Source: an uncultured Gammaproteobacteria bacterium
GTDB lineage: Bacteria; Patescibacteriota; Patescibacteriia; Patescibacteriales; GWC2-42-12
Reading direction: 5' to 3'
Length of the DNA: 64,000 nt
Assembly: GCA_964560005.1 (NCBI GenBank)
Contig: CAZLKB010000002.1
Coordinates: 381-64,380, forward strand
Shown here piece after piece: positions 54,301-62,588 of the stretch (its first letter is position 1; every line of letters begins with the position of its first letter). The position numbers and the translations under genes are program-made. Below the pieces are notes generated by a model. It had not been told where the DNA came from and did no database searches. It worked only from the letters and a program-made list of their open reading frames with translations.

Positions 54301-54999
54301 TCGGAAACCATAATCTTCACCTTGGCTTCTTCTACCCAGCTAACCCAACTCGGTATTACCGGAGGAAATAACGCGGTTACCGCCGTGGGTGTGGACTTGG
54401 GCGATGATATTGACTGCGTAGAAGATACGGATGGTACTGTATCTGTCGGCGGCTATGCGTCATGGGGCGTTGCTACTTCTACTACCGCGACTATACACGG
54501 TGCAATATTGACCTCTATTACCAATCCGATGTCCAACACAACTTTATCCAATGGTCAAAATCAGATCATTGGTAAGTATAAGCTTGTGTTCCAGAACGGC
54601 AGTAATAGAAACAGCGATAATACCGAGCTAAAAGCGCGGTTGGTATCGTTCGGTTTAACCGTTGCCACCTCAAGTGGAATGAGCTTGTCCAATTTCCAAG
54701 CCTATATTGAGGGCGATGCCGCCAATAAGACCGACGTAGTTGAAGATCTCACCGGAGTAGCTACTCCTCTTTTCGTTGATTTAGACGGGACTACGGAGGA
54801 TGTAGACGGCGAAGTTACCATCGTCATTGAAGCCGATATTGAAGGCACCGATGGCACCGCCGACTACGTACAGACCAGTCTCGCTGATTTGTCTTCTTCC
54901 GCCGTCGTCTATAATGGCAATAATGGCACTTCAGGCAGTAACGTAACCAATACCTTATTGAACATTTCTGAAGTATTGGGCGCGAAGTTATCTAACTAA
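51307..54999 (+). CDS. very large secreted surface protein (S-layer/adhesin-like, Thr/Ser/Ala/Val-rich beta-repeat architecture)
   Basis: 1230 aa; signal peptide ending ASATASA; no Cys-rich or enzymatic motifs; strong terminator at 55039. Confidence 0.8.
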   Translation: MERFKKIFAVGVIFVTVLSMSVVVAPEASATASAGDLIKMSGLSSVYYLAADGRRYVFPNESTYFSWYSDFSGVVTIPQSELESYPLGANVTVRPGTKLVKITTNPKVYAVTSGGVLVAIPDEATAATLYGANWNKRIIDVSDAFFTNYTISSSVVSASAYPQGSLVKYGTSPDVFFTNSDGTASKIATEAAFLANRFKWADVITATIAKPTEGAGISGAVATLLDTSSGAGGTIGAGTGLTVALASDTPAAGNIPAGSPTQFLKINLTASNDGAVSVNAIKLKAFGLSTATNIDSVTFYDNGVKVGTTKNINSDKEAVFNFSTPIVVAAGTTKSLVVKATILAGQTGSYALGIAAATDITTNGAAVSGSFALVGNTQAIVSSTSIGTVTMSNVGASDTTNDFGEDNVLLAKFDLTAANEPVIFSSFAMKNGGTNTAGIVGNMRVVIDGTEVVKGVELVDKFATFSLNTVIAKNDTITVEVYGDIGIATAADTIKMYFDDIGDLIFTGQDYGYGIELTSTASGFQSLDTVTTDGIIVTLAAGNVTLDMDKTATPSKDVRPGDNGVILATIKIASLGENATITAIQENGSDEFVITGTGLDCGEIDNVVLRDTGTGATYDVTVASSTDTTKCGLTISDEIALVKGFTKTYQLKADLGGSNDTKAVDSTDTLQVVLEDGAFTITGDVSDADLSDDITPTSVSSGIATVKSSSLNWTTTALTNKTIVPSAKDVIIYQASAEAGASSAVTLTTVRLTSTSTNASAFNDNNVSQLKLYVDGKLVKTAAGTIVEGDGTTAGYINFTSLDTTNRVIPAGKIVTVEVKADFASTFSPAGYITLAVTDSASSIVAQDIDSNAVVESIKNEDTLSRNVILASAGTLKVELTKTDLKSNANTLLLAGSKITSGDKYLGKLTFTTANEPIKIKTLVLGQQGTAKADDIASVELYDKNEVLVASKAVSTLGDVNFSDLNLILSADNAHEYFIGVTAKGINVENDPTATADDSETIIFTLASSTQLTQLGITGGNNAVTAVGVDLGDDIDCVEDTDGTVSVGGYASWGVATSTTATIHGAILTSITNPMSNTTLSNGQNQIIGKYKLVFQNGSNRNSDNTELKARLVSFGLTVATSSGMSLSNFQAYIEGDAANKTDVVEDLTGVATPLFVDLDGTTEDVDGEVTIVIEADIEGTDGTADYVQTSLADLSSSAVVYNGNNGTSGSNVTNTLLNISEVLGAKLSN

Positions 55000-55038
55000 T
55001 TTAAACTTTAAAAGGTTTAATTAGACCTAGATTAAGAA

Positions 55039-55075
55039 GCCCCCCGCCACAATGTGGCGGGGGGCTTTGAGTTTT
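55039..55075 (+). terminator. rho-independent terminator after the surface-protein gene
   Basis: gccccccgcca caatg tggcggggggc tttgagttttt. Confidence 0.7.
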
Positions 55076-55102
55076 TGACACGGTTTTTATTTATGATATA
55101 AT
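55075..55102 (+). promoter_or_regulatory. candidate promoter (TTGACA-N16-TGaTATAAT) embedded in a 50-bp palindrome
   Basis: ttgacacggtttttatttat gatataatat ataaataaaaatcgtgtcaa. Confidence 0.4.
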
Positions 55103-55164
55103 ATATAAATAAAAATCGTGTCAAAAAGTATCTGGCAAATAATAAAATTAAATAATAATAAATT

Positions 55165-55431
55165 ATGCCGCTCACTCCAAAACAATTTAGTATTTTAGTG
55201 ACGAAAGATGATTTAAAAGAAGCGATTACGGCATCAGAAGAGAGAATAACAAAAAAAATTGATAATGTTCTTACGGCTATTGACGGGATTGCCCATAAGC
55301 ATCAAGATTTTGAAACTGAAATGGCGGCTAATGTAGGTGCTCATGATCGCTTTGAAAAGAAATTTACTGAAACCAACGGCCGGGTGGAAGTTTTAGAAAA
55401 AAAGCTTGGCGCGAGCCGGGCTACGGTTTAA
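55165..55431 (+). CDS. hypothetical coiled-coil protein (88 aa)
   Basis: ORF flanked by candidate promoter and terminator. Confidence 0.45.
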   Translation: MPLTPKQFSILVTKDDLKEAITASEERITKKIDNVLTAIDGIAHKHQDFETEMAANVGAHDRFEKKFTETNGRVEVLEKKLGASRATV

Positions 55432-55459
55432 AATATTTTTAAAATAGTTTTTAAAAAAG

Positions 55460-55497
55460 CCCCTTCGGTTTTACCGGAGGGGATTTTGTTTTTTTTG
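55460..55497 (+). terminator. rho-independent terminator
   Basis: ccccttcgg ttttac ccggagggg attttgtttttttt. Confidence 0.65.
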
Positions 55498-55548
55498 TCA
55501 TCCCGGGCTTCCTGCCTGCCGGTAGGCATGGGACCCGGGATCCAGAGG
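55497..55548. repeat. GC-rich hairpin repeat, long variant
   Basis: tgtcatcccgggcttcctgcctgccggtaggcatgggacccgggatccagag. Confidence 0.8.
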
Positions 55549-55611
55549 TAAAAGGCACGAATATAGTTTTCTAATAAGGTTTTTTTAAAATATTGTTCTT
55601 CCTGATTAAAT

Positions 55612-55641
55612 CTGGATTCCGGCTCGTGGGCCGGAATGACA
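55612..55641. repeat. GC-rich hairpin repeat
   Basis: ctggattccggctcgtgggccggaatgaca. Confidence 0.85.
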
Positions 55642-55731
55642 AAATAAATTTACCGGAGGGGTTTCTGTTTGCGCTAATTGATTTTTATGGTATGATATTG
55701 GTATAAATTACTTTATAATCAATACAAAAAT

Positions 55732-56757
55732 ATGAGAAAACTATCATTATTATTTTTATTGTTCTTGCTCCTGCCTTTTAATTTAGCGCTGGCGGAGGAT
55801 AATCTAGCCTCAAAGTTAGCGGGCAGAATATTACTTCAGGTTGAAGCCCACGGCGAGGCCTGGTACGTTAACCCAGCCAGCGAAAAAAGGTTTTATTTAG
55901 GCCGCCCGGCCGACGCTTTTAAGATTATGCGAGAGCAGGGGCTGGGAATAAATAATAAAGATTTTAATTCATTTAATGATTTGGCTCCGGTGAGATTGGC
56001 CGGTAAAATTTTACTTAAGGTAGAGGATCTGGGCAAAGCCTATTATGTCAATCCGGTTGATTTGAAAATGCATTATCTAGGCCGGCCGGCCGACGCTTTT
56101 AACTTAATGAGAAACCTGGGGCTGGGTGTAACTAATAGTAATTTAGCCTTGATTTCCATAGATGAAAAATCCAGTCCGGTTATCACCGGAGAAACTACAA
56201 ATCAAAATAATTCCGAAAGCCAAACATCCGGTGAAACCGCAGCACCGGAAACCGGAACGACGACTACTACAGAAGAAAGCACTGTTGCTACCAGCACTCC
56301 AGACAGTACGGCGGGGGGCACGGCCACCACCAGTCCGGTGGTTATTGAAGATACGACCGAGAACGCTACTTCATCGGCATGTGTTTGGCTGGTAGAATAC
56401 TATGATAACAGGGTATTATTCGGAGAGCCGATCGCGACCGGCACTAGCCAAACCATAGATTTTGACTGGGGAACCGGGGGGCCGAGTCAAATATATAAAG
56501 TTGATAATTTTTCTATACGTTTTACCGCTAATTGTGATTTTCTAGACGGCAATTATGAGTTTAGAACTATTTTTGACGATGGCATCAAAGTTTATCTGGA
56601 CGGGGAAAATTTTATGCAATCATGGGCTGATAATAATAGAGAGATGATATTTAACAGAGAAAGAAATATAACCGCAGGCAGCCATGAAGTAAAAGTTGAG
56701 TATTATGAGAATACCAGAAACGCTAAAATTAAGGTGTCTTGGGAAAAAATAAATTAG
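55732..56757 (+). CDS. secreted protein with two N-terminal GRILLQVE...WYVNP...YLGRPADAF repeats, Thr-rich linker and C-terminal PA14 domain
   Basis: signal peptide; duplicated about 50-aa motif; C-terminus WLVEYYDN...FSIRFT...DDGIKVYLDG...VKVEYYE typical of PA14. Confidence 0.8.
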   Translation: MRKLSLLFLLFLLLPFNLALAEDNLASKLAGRILLQVEAHGEAWYVNPASEKRFYLGRPADAFKIMREQGLGINNKDFNSFNDLAPVRLAGKILLKVEDLGKAYYVNPVDLKMHYLGRPADAFNLMRNLGLGVTNSNLALISIDEKSSPVITGETTNQNNSESQTSGETAAPETGTTTTTEESTVATSTPDSTAGGTATTSPVVIEDTTENATSSACVWLVEYYDNRVLFGEPIATGTSQTIDFDWGTGGPSQIYKVDNFSIRFTANCDFLDGNYEFRTIFDDGIKVYLDGENFMQSWADNNREMIFNRERNITAGSHEVKVEYYENTRNAKIKVSWEKIN

Positions 56758-56776
56758 TTATTCTATATTTTTTTAT

Positions 56777-56808
56777 CATCCCCGCAGGCAGGCCTTCGCG
56801 GGGATGAC
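56777..56808. repeat. GC-rich hairpin repeat
   Basis: tcatccccgcaggcaggccttcgcggggatga. Confidence 0.8.
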
Positions 56809-56818
56809 TGTAAATAAT

Positions 56819-59044
56819 ATGTCTCTAAAAAATTATATAATTGTTCTGCAAGTTGGCGTATATCTTTCCTTTATTTCGGTTTTTTTGGTATTTCAAAATC
56901 TGCTCTTCCCTTATATCACCTCAAAGCAGATCTATTTTAATATCTTAATTGAGATATTGATGATTATTTGGCTGTCGCTGGTTATAAAGTATCCGGAAAT
57001 CAGGCCGAAAAAATCCTGGATCAGTTATGGCTTATTGGCTTTTTTCGCCGCCCTGCTTATCTCTTCAATTTTTGGCGTTGATTTTAATTTAAGTTTTTGG
57101 GGCGATATAGAAAGGATGCTGGGCTGGTTCCACATTTTTCACTTTTTTCTATTCTATTTGATAATCATTACGGTTTTTCGCCGCTGGCGGGATTGGCGGA
57201 ATTTATTTATCGTTTCCTTGATTGCTTCCACTTTAGTTTGCCTTTACAGTTTATTTAAAATTCCTTATAGCACTATCGGCAACACTGCTTACGTCTCCGG
57301 CTACGCGATTTTTAATTTATATTTCGCCCTGATTCTGTTTTTTAAGCGCCGCTCCGAAGGCAAGGTCCGGGGCGAAGATTGGCTTATAAACTCGGTTTAT
57401 TTGGTCGTGGCTTTTATAATGCTCTTAGTCATGAAGCAAACCAATACCAGGGGCGCCTACGTCGGCTTAGGCGTTAGTTTTCTCCTGTTTTTTATTTTAT
57501 TCGCTTTTTACAGCCCGAGCAAAAGAGTGAAACGGTATAGTTTAATCGCCGGGGCGCTTGCGATAGCTTCGGTGGTTCTGGTATTTTCGTTTTCTCAAAG
57601 CAGTTTTGTAAAAAGTACTCCAATCATAAGTACCTTAGTGCAAATTTCTTCAAAACAGGTAACTTTTCAAACCCGATTGATTGCCTGGAAGGCGGCGGCT
57701 AAAGATTTTAAGAGCCATATTTTATTAGGCGCCGGCTACGGCAATTTCGCCATTTCCTTTGATAAATATTTTGATCCTAAATTTTATAGTTATACGCCGA
57801 CGGAAACTTATTTTGACCGGGCGCATAATAATTTAGTCGATCTGGCGTCTACCGCCGGTCTGGCCGGGTTGCTGACCTACCTTTTTGTATTAATTGCGGT
57901 TTTTTATTATTTATATCAAGGTAAGAAACAGGGGAAAATTACACCTAATGAGTTCATTCTATTAATTTGTCTGTTTGTCGCTTATTTTATTCAGAACTTG
58001 GCGGTTTTTGATTCATTGGTGACTTATATTTCGCTCATGTTGGCTTTGGGGTATGTCTATTGGCTGATCAACGGAAATGAAGCGGAAGAGTTGAGTTCTA
58101 AAAGCGGCTTAACTAATAAAGATTTGGCGGTTCTGGCTACGGCCGGCTTGGTATTTCTGGCCATAGTTTATCAATACAATGTTAAGCCCTTGATGATGCT
58201 AGATGATACTATCAGCGGTCAAATTAAGTTCGCCCAGGGAGATTTAGCGGCCGGAGTAGAGGAGTATAAAAAAGCCCTAAGCTACCGGACCGGTTTAGAC
58301 CGGGACAGCCGCGCCAGTCTAATCAATGCCGTTAACGGGATGCAAAATAAATTGCTTTCAATAGATAAAGAGCAGGCCAAGATTATCGCGGATTATGTCG
58401 TAGATATGGCCGAGGCAAATGTAAAATTAAACCCTCAAGATAGCATGATGCAGATGCAACTGGCGCAAATCTTAAGTACAGCCTCTCTGGTTAATCAGGA
58501 TAATCCCAGTAAATTCTATTTTTATTCCGACCGCGCCCTTAAAGCCATGGACGAATCCATTAAGGCCAGTCCAGGACGCATAACAAATTATTTCGGCAAA
58601 GCTCAAATCTATTTAATTAGAAACGACAAAGATAATGCGATCGCTACTTTAAAATACGCCGCTAGTTTGAATGAAGATTATGCCGAATCCCATTGTTATC
58701 TGGCCAGGGTAGGCATATATTTTAAAGACGAGGCTACGGGCTACGAAGCTATGGATAAATGCCTTGATATCGGCGGCGCCAGCTATATAGGCCAGCTTGA
58801 TATAATTAAAGTTGCCTTACAGTATTATACCGAAAAAAAAGATCAGCCGCGCATATTGATGCTATATGAGAGATGGTCGGTGTTAGAACCGGACAATACC
58901 CAAATTTGGGTTAACCTATCCCTGCTCTATGAGCAGGCGGGGGAGAAAGATAAGGCGATTGCAGCGGCTAAAAAAGTCATGGAATTAGACCCGTCCTTAA
59001 AGAGCGCAGTGGATGAGTTTATTTTAAAGTTGGGAGGGGAGTAG
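56819..59044 (+). CDS. O-antigen ligase (Wzy_C)-like polytopic membrane protein fused to a C-terminal TPR domain
   Basis: about 12 TM helices with the loop TNTRGAYVGLG...LLGAGYGNF; TPR-like repeats in the last about 300 aa; ATG 56819 preferred because 56804 is inside the hairpin repeat. Confidence 0.72.
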   Translation: MSLKNYIIVLQVGVYLSFISVFLVFQNLLFPYITSKQIYFNILIEILMIIWLSLVIKYPEIRPKKSWISYGLLAFFAALLISSIFGVDFNLSFWGDIERMLGWFHIFHFFLFYLIIITVFRRWRDWRNLFIVSLIASTLVCLYSLFKIPYSTIGNTAYVSGYAIFNLYFALILFFKRRSEGKVRGEDWLINSVYLVVAFIMLLVMKQTNTRGAYVGLGVSFLLFFILFAFYSPSKRVKRYSLIAGALAIASVVLVFSFSQSSFVKSTPIISTLVQISSKQVTFQTRLIAWKAAAKDFKSHILLGAGYGNFAISFDKYFDPKFYSYTPTETYFDRAHNNLVDLASTAGLAGLLTYLFVLIAVFYYLYQGKKQGKITPNEFILLICLFVAYFIQNLAVFDSLVTYISLMLALGYVYWLINGNEAEELSSKSGLTNKDLAVLATAGLVFLAIVYQYNVKPLMMLDDTISGQIKFAQGDLAAGVEEYKKALSYRTGLDRDSRASLINAVNGMQNKLLSIDKEQAKIIADYVVDMAEANVKLNPQDSMMQMQLAQILSTASLVNQDNPSKFYFYSDRALKAMDESIKASPGRITNYFGKAQIYLIRNDKDNAIATLKYAASLNEDYAESHCYLARVGIYFKDEATGYEAMDKCLDIGGASYIGQLDIIKVALQYYTEKKDQPRILMLYERWSVLEPDNTQIWVNLSLLYEQAGEKDKAIAAAKKVMELDPSLKSAVDEFILKLGGE

Positions 59045-59130
59045 GGCCGCGTAACCTATAACTCATAATTCATAGCTCATAACTCATATCTAAAACACAC
59101 TCATCAGCTGTAGTTGTTTTAATAAAAAAA

Positions 59131-59155
59131 GGTCATCACTTTCTCGTGACGACCT
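59131..59155 (-). terminator. hairpin with T-run on the minus strand after the GT4 gene
   Basis: ggtcatcac tttctc gtgacgacc preceded on the + strand by aaaaaaa. Confidence 0.5.
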
Positions 59156-59167
59156 ATTAGATTACAT

Positions 59168-60400
59168 TCACGCGAGATAGATTATTTTAGTTTCTTCAAT
59201 CATTTTTTCCAAACCGAATTCTACTGAGGCTTTAACTTGAGCGCGCTGGCCAAGTTCTTCGCCTAGGGTTTTATTAATAAGAAGAGTATTAATTTTTTCC
59301 GCTAAATCGTTCGGGTCAGCCGGCTTAACTAAGAGGCCGGTTTTATTATTTTCAATCATCTCCGGGATGCCGCCGACACTAGTAGAAATAATCGGCAGTC
59401 CGGCTTGCATAGCCTCTAGGACAGAATAGGGGGAGCCTTCTTTAACCGAAGAGCAGGCGTAAAGATCAAAGGCCTGCAAGAGCCTGGCGGCTTGGTCAAT
59501 CCGGCCGGTTAAAATAAAATTATTTTCAAGATTATATTTTTTAATTAAAGCTTCCAGAGTTTTTCTTTCCGAGCCTTCACCGATTATAATAAAAGTTGCC
59601 GGTATATGGTATTGATAAACTAATATCCCAGCCGCCTGAATAAAATATTCATAACCCTTGGTTTTATATAAATTGCCGATGCTGCCGATTAATAAGTTAT
59701 TTGTCATTGCGGGCCTGACCCGCAATCCAGAAACTTGTTCGAGGAGCTCAACTCTGGATTTCGGGTCAAACCCTGGATGACAGACACGTGAGTAAACAGT
59801 GGTTAGAATTTTTTTTGCCTCTTCTTTGGAATAAAATTTTATAGGCTCTAAACCGTTGTGGATAGTGACTAACTTATTTTCAGGAATGATCTTATATTGC
59901 ATCGCAATTTTTTTATCATATTCGGAAACGCAAATAATTCTGTTTTTAAATCCGGCTGTTAATTTTTCTGCCCAGAGGTAGAATGATTTTTGCCAATTCG
60001 GCATAGGCTCGTTAAAGACCCAGCCGTGAACCGTGTAAATAACTCGCAACTCGCAACTCGCAACTCGCAACCTAACAATAAATGCCGCGATTGATCCAAG
60101 GATGGAGATTTTTGAACTATTGAGGTGGATTATGTCGGGTTGATAATTCTTAATTAGTTTTATGATTTTAAATATAGCTAAAAAATCATAAATCGGTGAA
60201 ATATTGCGTTTAAGATGGGGGATGATAAATGTTTTGATATTATTTTCTGCTAAAATTTTAGCTAATTTTCCATTATTTCCCTGTTCTCCTAAGGCTACGG
60301 CCGTATCGTAAGCACCCTTTAAATTATTAGCTAAATCAAAAACATAGCGCTGGGCGCCGCCAAATTCCGATTGGGTTATAAAATATAGAATTTTTGTCAT
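59168..60400 (-). CDS. GT4-family glycosyltransferase carrying three in-frame repeat-derived insertions
   Basis: GGAQRY, HLNSSK, YTVHGW, EGSPYSVLEAMQAGLPIISTSVGGIPE (E-x7-E region); ATG at 60400. Confidence 0.85.
   Translation of the reverse strand: MTKILYFITQSEFGGAQRYVFDLANNLKGAYDTAVALGEQGNNGKLAKILAENNIKTFIIPHLKRNISPIYDFLAIFKIIKLIKNYQPDIIHLNSSKISILGSIAAFIVRLRVASCELRVIYTVHGWVFNEPMPNWQKSFYLWAEKLTAGFKNRIICVSEYDKKIAMQYKIIPENKLVTIHNGLEPIKFYSKEEAKKILTTVYSRVCHPGFDPKSRVELLEQVSGLRVRPAMTNNLLIGSIGNLYKTKGYEYFIQAAGILVYQYHIPATFIIIGEGSERKTLEALIKKYNLENNFILTGRIDQAARLLQAFDLYACSSVKEGSPYSVLEAMQAGLPIISTSVGGIPEMIENNKTGLLVKPADPNDLAEKINTLLINKTLGEELGQRAQVKASVEFGLEKMIEETKIIYLA
59702..59730. repeat. GC-rich hairpin repeat inside the GT4 CDS
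   Basis: tgtcattgcgggcctgacccgcaatccag, encodes ...SGLRVRPAMT... Confidence 0.8.
59754..59782. repeat. GC-rich hairpin repeat inside the GT4 CDS (opposite orientation)
   Basis: ctggatttcgggtcaaaccctggatgaca, encodes ...VCHPGFDPKSR... Confidence 0.8.
60041..60066. repeat. aactcgc tandem motif inside the GT4 CDS
   Basis: aactcgcaactcgcaactcgcaacc, encodes RLRVASCELRV; the same motif builds the palindromes at 26396 and 48880. Confidence 0.8.
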
Positions 60401-60413
60401 TATATTATGGTTG

Positions 60414-60467
60414 ATCCCGTTAAATAAATTTGCCAGCAAATTTTCGCGAAAGCGAATTTAACGGGAT
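60414..60467. promoter_or_regulatory. compound palindrome in the divergent promoter region (12-bp outer stem enclosing two small hairpins)
   Basis: atcccgttaaat aaatttgccagcaaattt tcgcgaaagcga atttaacgggat. Confidence 0.4.
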
Positions 60468-60524
60468 TGACTTTTGGTCCGGTTTATTTAATAATAACTT
60501 ATAGTTACGTATAAATCAACCCTT

Positions 60525-60552
60525 GTAGAAACGCGCAGTGGCGCGTTTCTAC
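60525..60552. promoter_or_regulatory. perfect 12-bp-stem hairpin in the divergent intergenic region
   Basis: gtagaaacgcgc agtg gcgcgtttctac. Confidence 0.4.
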
Positions 60553-60585
60553 TTAGTGTTTTAATTTTTAATTATAAATTTTTTT

Positions 60586-61443
60586 ATGGGCAAACTTATA
60601 GGATTTATCGGCCAAGGCTGGATCGGTAAAAATTACGCCAATGATTTTGAAACGCGAGGCTATAATATTGTCAGGTACGCTAAAGAAGAGCCTTACGCTT
60701 CAAATAAGGAAAAGATCGGCGATTGTGATATTGTTTTTATCGCCGTACCGACCCCGACTACGCCTCAAGGTTTTGACAACAGTATTTTAAAGCAAGTTAT
60801 TAAATTGGTTGGCAAAAAAAAGATTGCCGTAATTAAGTCAACCATCACTCCCGGCACTACCGAATTAATGCAAAAAGACAATCCCGGCATATATGTTGTC
60901 CATTCGCCGGAATTTTTAACCGAAGCTTCGGCGGCACACGATGCGGCCAATCCGAATCGCAATATTATCGGTATTCCGCTGGATAACGACGAATACAGGC
61001 AGAAAGCCAAAGAAGTAATGGAGGTTTTACCGTTTGCTTCTTATCAGCTGATTTGCCACGCCAAAGAGGCGGAATTAACCAAGTACGGCGGCAACTGCTG
61101 GTTTTATTTTAAGGTAATTTTTATAAACTTGCTTTATGACCTGGCTAATAAGCTGGGCGTTGATTATCAAGTGGTTAAAGAGGCGATGGCGGCCGATCCC
61201 AGGATTGGCCCCACTCATATTGATCCGATACACAAAACCGGACGCGGCGCCGGCGGACATTGCTTTATTAAGGATTTTGCGGTTTTTTCCCAAATATACA
61301 ACGAACTGGTAGGCGATGAGCCGGGAGCAAAAGTTTTAGCCAGCTTAAAAGAAAAAAATATTGATTTACTGGTTAAAAGCCATAAGGATTTGGATCTGCT
61401 TAAAGGCGTTTATGGCGATGATGTGGTGGATATGAAAAAATAA
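60586..61443 (+). CDS. short nucleotide-sugar dehydrogenase-like protein (UDP-glucose/GDP-mannose dehydrogenase N-terminal and central domains only)
   Basis: GFIGQGWIG Rossmann motif, FIAVPTP, SPEFL, GGHCFIKD catalytic-Cys motif; only 285 aa, no C-terminal UDP-binding domain. Confidence 0.65.
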   Translation: MGKLIGFIGQGWIGKNYANDFETRGYNIVRYAKEEPYASNKEKIGDCDIVFIAVPTPTTPQGFDNSILKQVIKLVGKKKIAVIKSTITPGTTELMQKDNPGIYVVHSPEFLTEASAAHDAANPNRNIIGIPLDNDEYRQKAKEVMEVLPFASYQLICHAKEAELTKYGGNCWFYFKVIFINLLYDLANKLGVDYQVVKEAMAADPRIGPTHIDPIHKTGRGAGGHCFIKDFAVFSQIYNELVGDEPGAKVLASLKEKNIDLLVKSHKDLDLLKGVYGDDVVDMKK

Positions 61444-61457
61444 CCCAATTTAAATGA

Positions 61458-61578
61458 GTCTAGCGGGGTTGTAGATTCTTCGCTCCGGACGAAATTTGGG
61501 CATTTTTTAAAATTAATAAGATAATTTTAAAAAATGCTACAATTTCGTAGTCGCTTAAAATCTACAACCCCGCTAGAC
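61458..61578. repeat. conserved-core / variable-stem hairpin element, copy C
   Basis: perfect 19-bp outer stem gtctagcggggttgtagat / atctacaaccccgctagac; core tcttcgctccggacgaaatttgggcatttttt ... gctacaatttcgtagtcgcttaaa. Confidence 0.9.
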
Positions 61579-61639
61579 AGTCCAATCTAGGGTGGTTATT
61601 AAATTTATATAAATTTTAAACTTAAAATTATAAAATTTT

Positions 61640-62545
61640 ATGTCAAAATGCCTAGTCACCGGTGGAGCCGGATTTATCGGCTCTAATTTAGTCGATGAAT
61701 TGATAATACAGGGCGATGAGGTTGTTATTATTGATAATTTAACGACCGGTAAAAAAGAATATATAAACCCTAAAGCCAAATTTCATAAAGCCGATATCAG
61801 AGATTTAGAAAAAATTAAGCCCTTATTTAAGGGAGTAGATTATGTTTTTCATCTAGCCGCCTTTCCCCGAGTTCAACCGTCGATTGAAGACCCGGCCACG
61901 GCTAACGATATTAATTTGAACGGGACCCTAAATGTTTTATTGGCGGCGCGCGACGCTAAGGTTAAAAAAGTAATTTACAGCGCTTCCTCTTCGGCCTATG
62001 GCGACCAAACCAAGATGCCTTTAACCGAAGATATGCCGGCTCACGCTTTAAGCCCTTATGGCCTGCAAAAATATGTCGGTGAATTGTATTGCCGGCTGTT
62101 TTCCGATATTTACGGCTTAGCCACGGTTAGTTTAAGATATTTTAATATTTATGGGAAACGCCAGGCCTTAGAAGGAGCTTACTGCCTGGTCATGGGATTA
62201 TTCGTCAATCAAAGATTAAAAAATCAGCCCATGACTATAACCGGCGACGGCACCAACCGCCGTGATTATACCTCGGTGATTGACGCTGTTAGAGCCAATG
62301 TTTTGGCCGCTAAAAGCGATAAAGTCGGGAAAGGGGAGGTAATAAATATCGGCCGCGGCAGTAACTATAGTGTCAATGAGTTGGCTGAAATGATCGGCGG
62401 TTCGACTGTTTATATTGAGCCGAGGATTGAGCCTAAAGAAACTTTAGCGGATCATGCTTTAGCTAAAAAACTTTTGGGCTGGGAACCAACGATTAATTTA
62501 CCCGAATGGCTGGAGGGCTATAAAAAGGAAATGGGGCTTAAATGA
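61640..62545 (+). CDS. NAD-dependent epimerase/dehydratase (UDP-sugar 4-epimerase-like SDR)
   Basis: [18 protein letters not shown] and YGLQK (YxxxK) motifs. Confidence 0.85.
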   Translation: MSKCLVTGGAGFIGSNLVDELIIQGDEVVIIDNLTTGKKEYINPKAKFHKADIRDLEKIKPLFKGVDYVFHLAAFPRVQPSIEDPATANDINLNGTLNVLLAARDAKVKKVIYSASSSAYGDQTKMPLTEDMPAHALSPYGLQKYVGELYCRLFSDIYGLATVSLRYFNIYGKRQALEGAYCLVMGLFVNQRLKNQPMTITGDGTNRRDYTSVIDAVRANVLAAKSDKVGKGEVINIGRGSNYSVNELAEMIGGSTVYIEPRIEPKETLADHALAKKLLGWEPTINLPEWLEGYKKEMGLK

Positions 62546-62588
62546 ATTACGAATTAAGAATTATGAATTAAGAATAAATATCAAATTT

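Noticed and set aside
51307-54999. Diversity-generating retroelement target in the large surface protein.
   Set aside because: No reverse transcriptase ORF and no template/variable repeat pair with A-specific mismatches could be found in the window.
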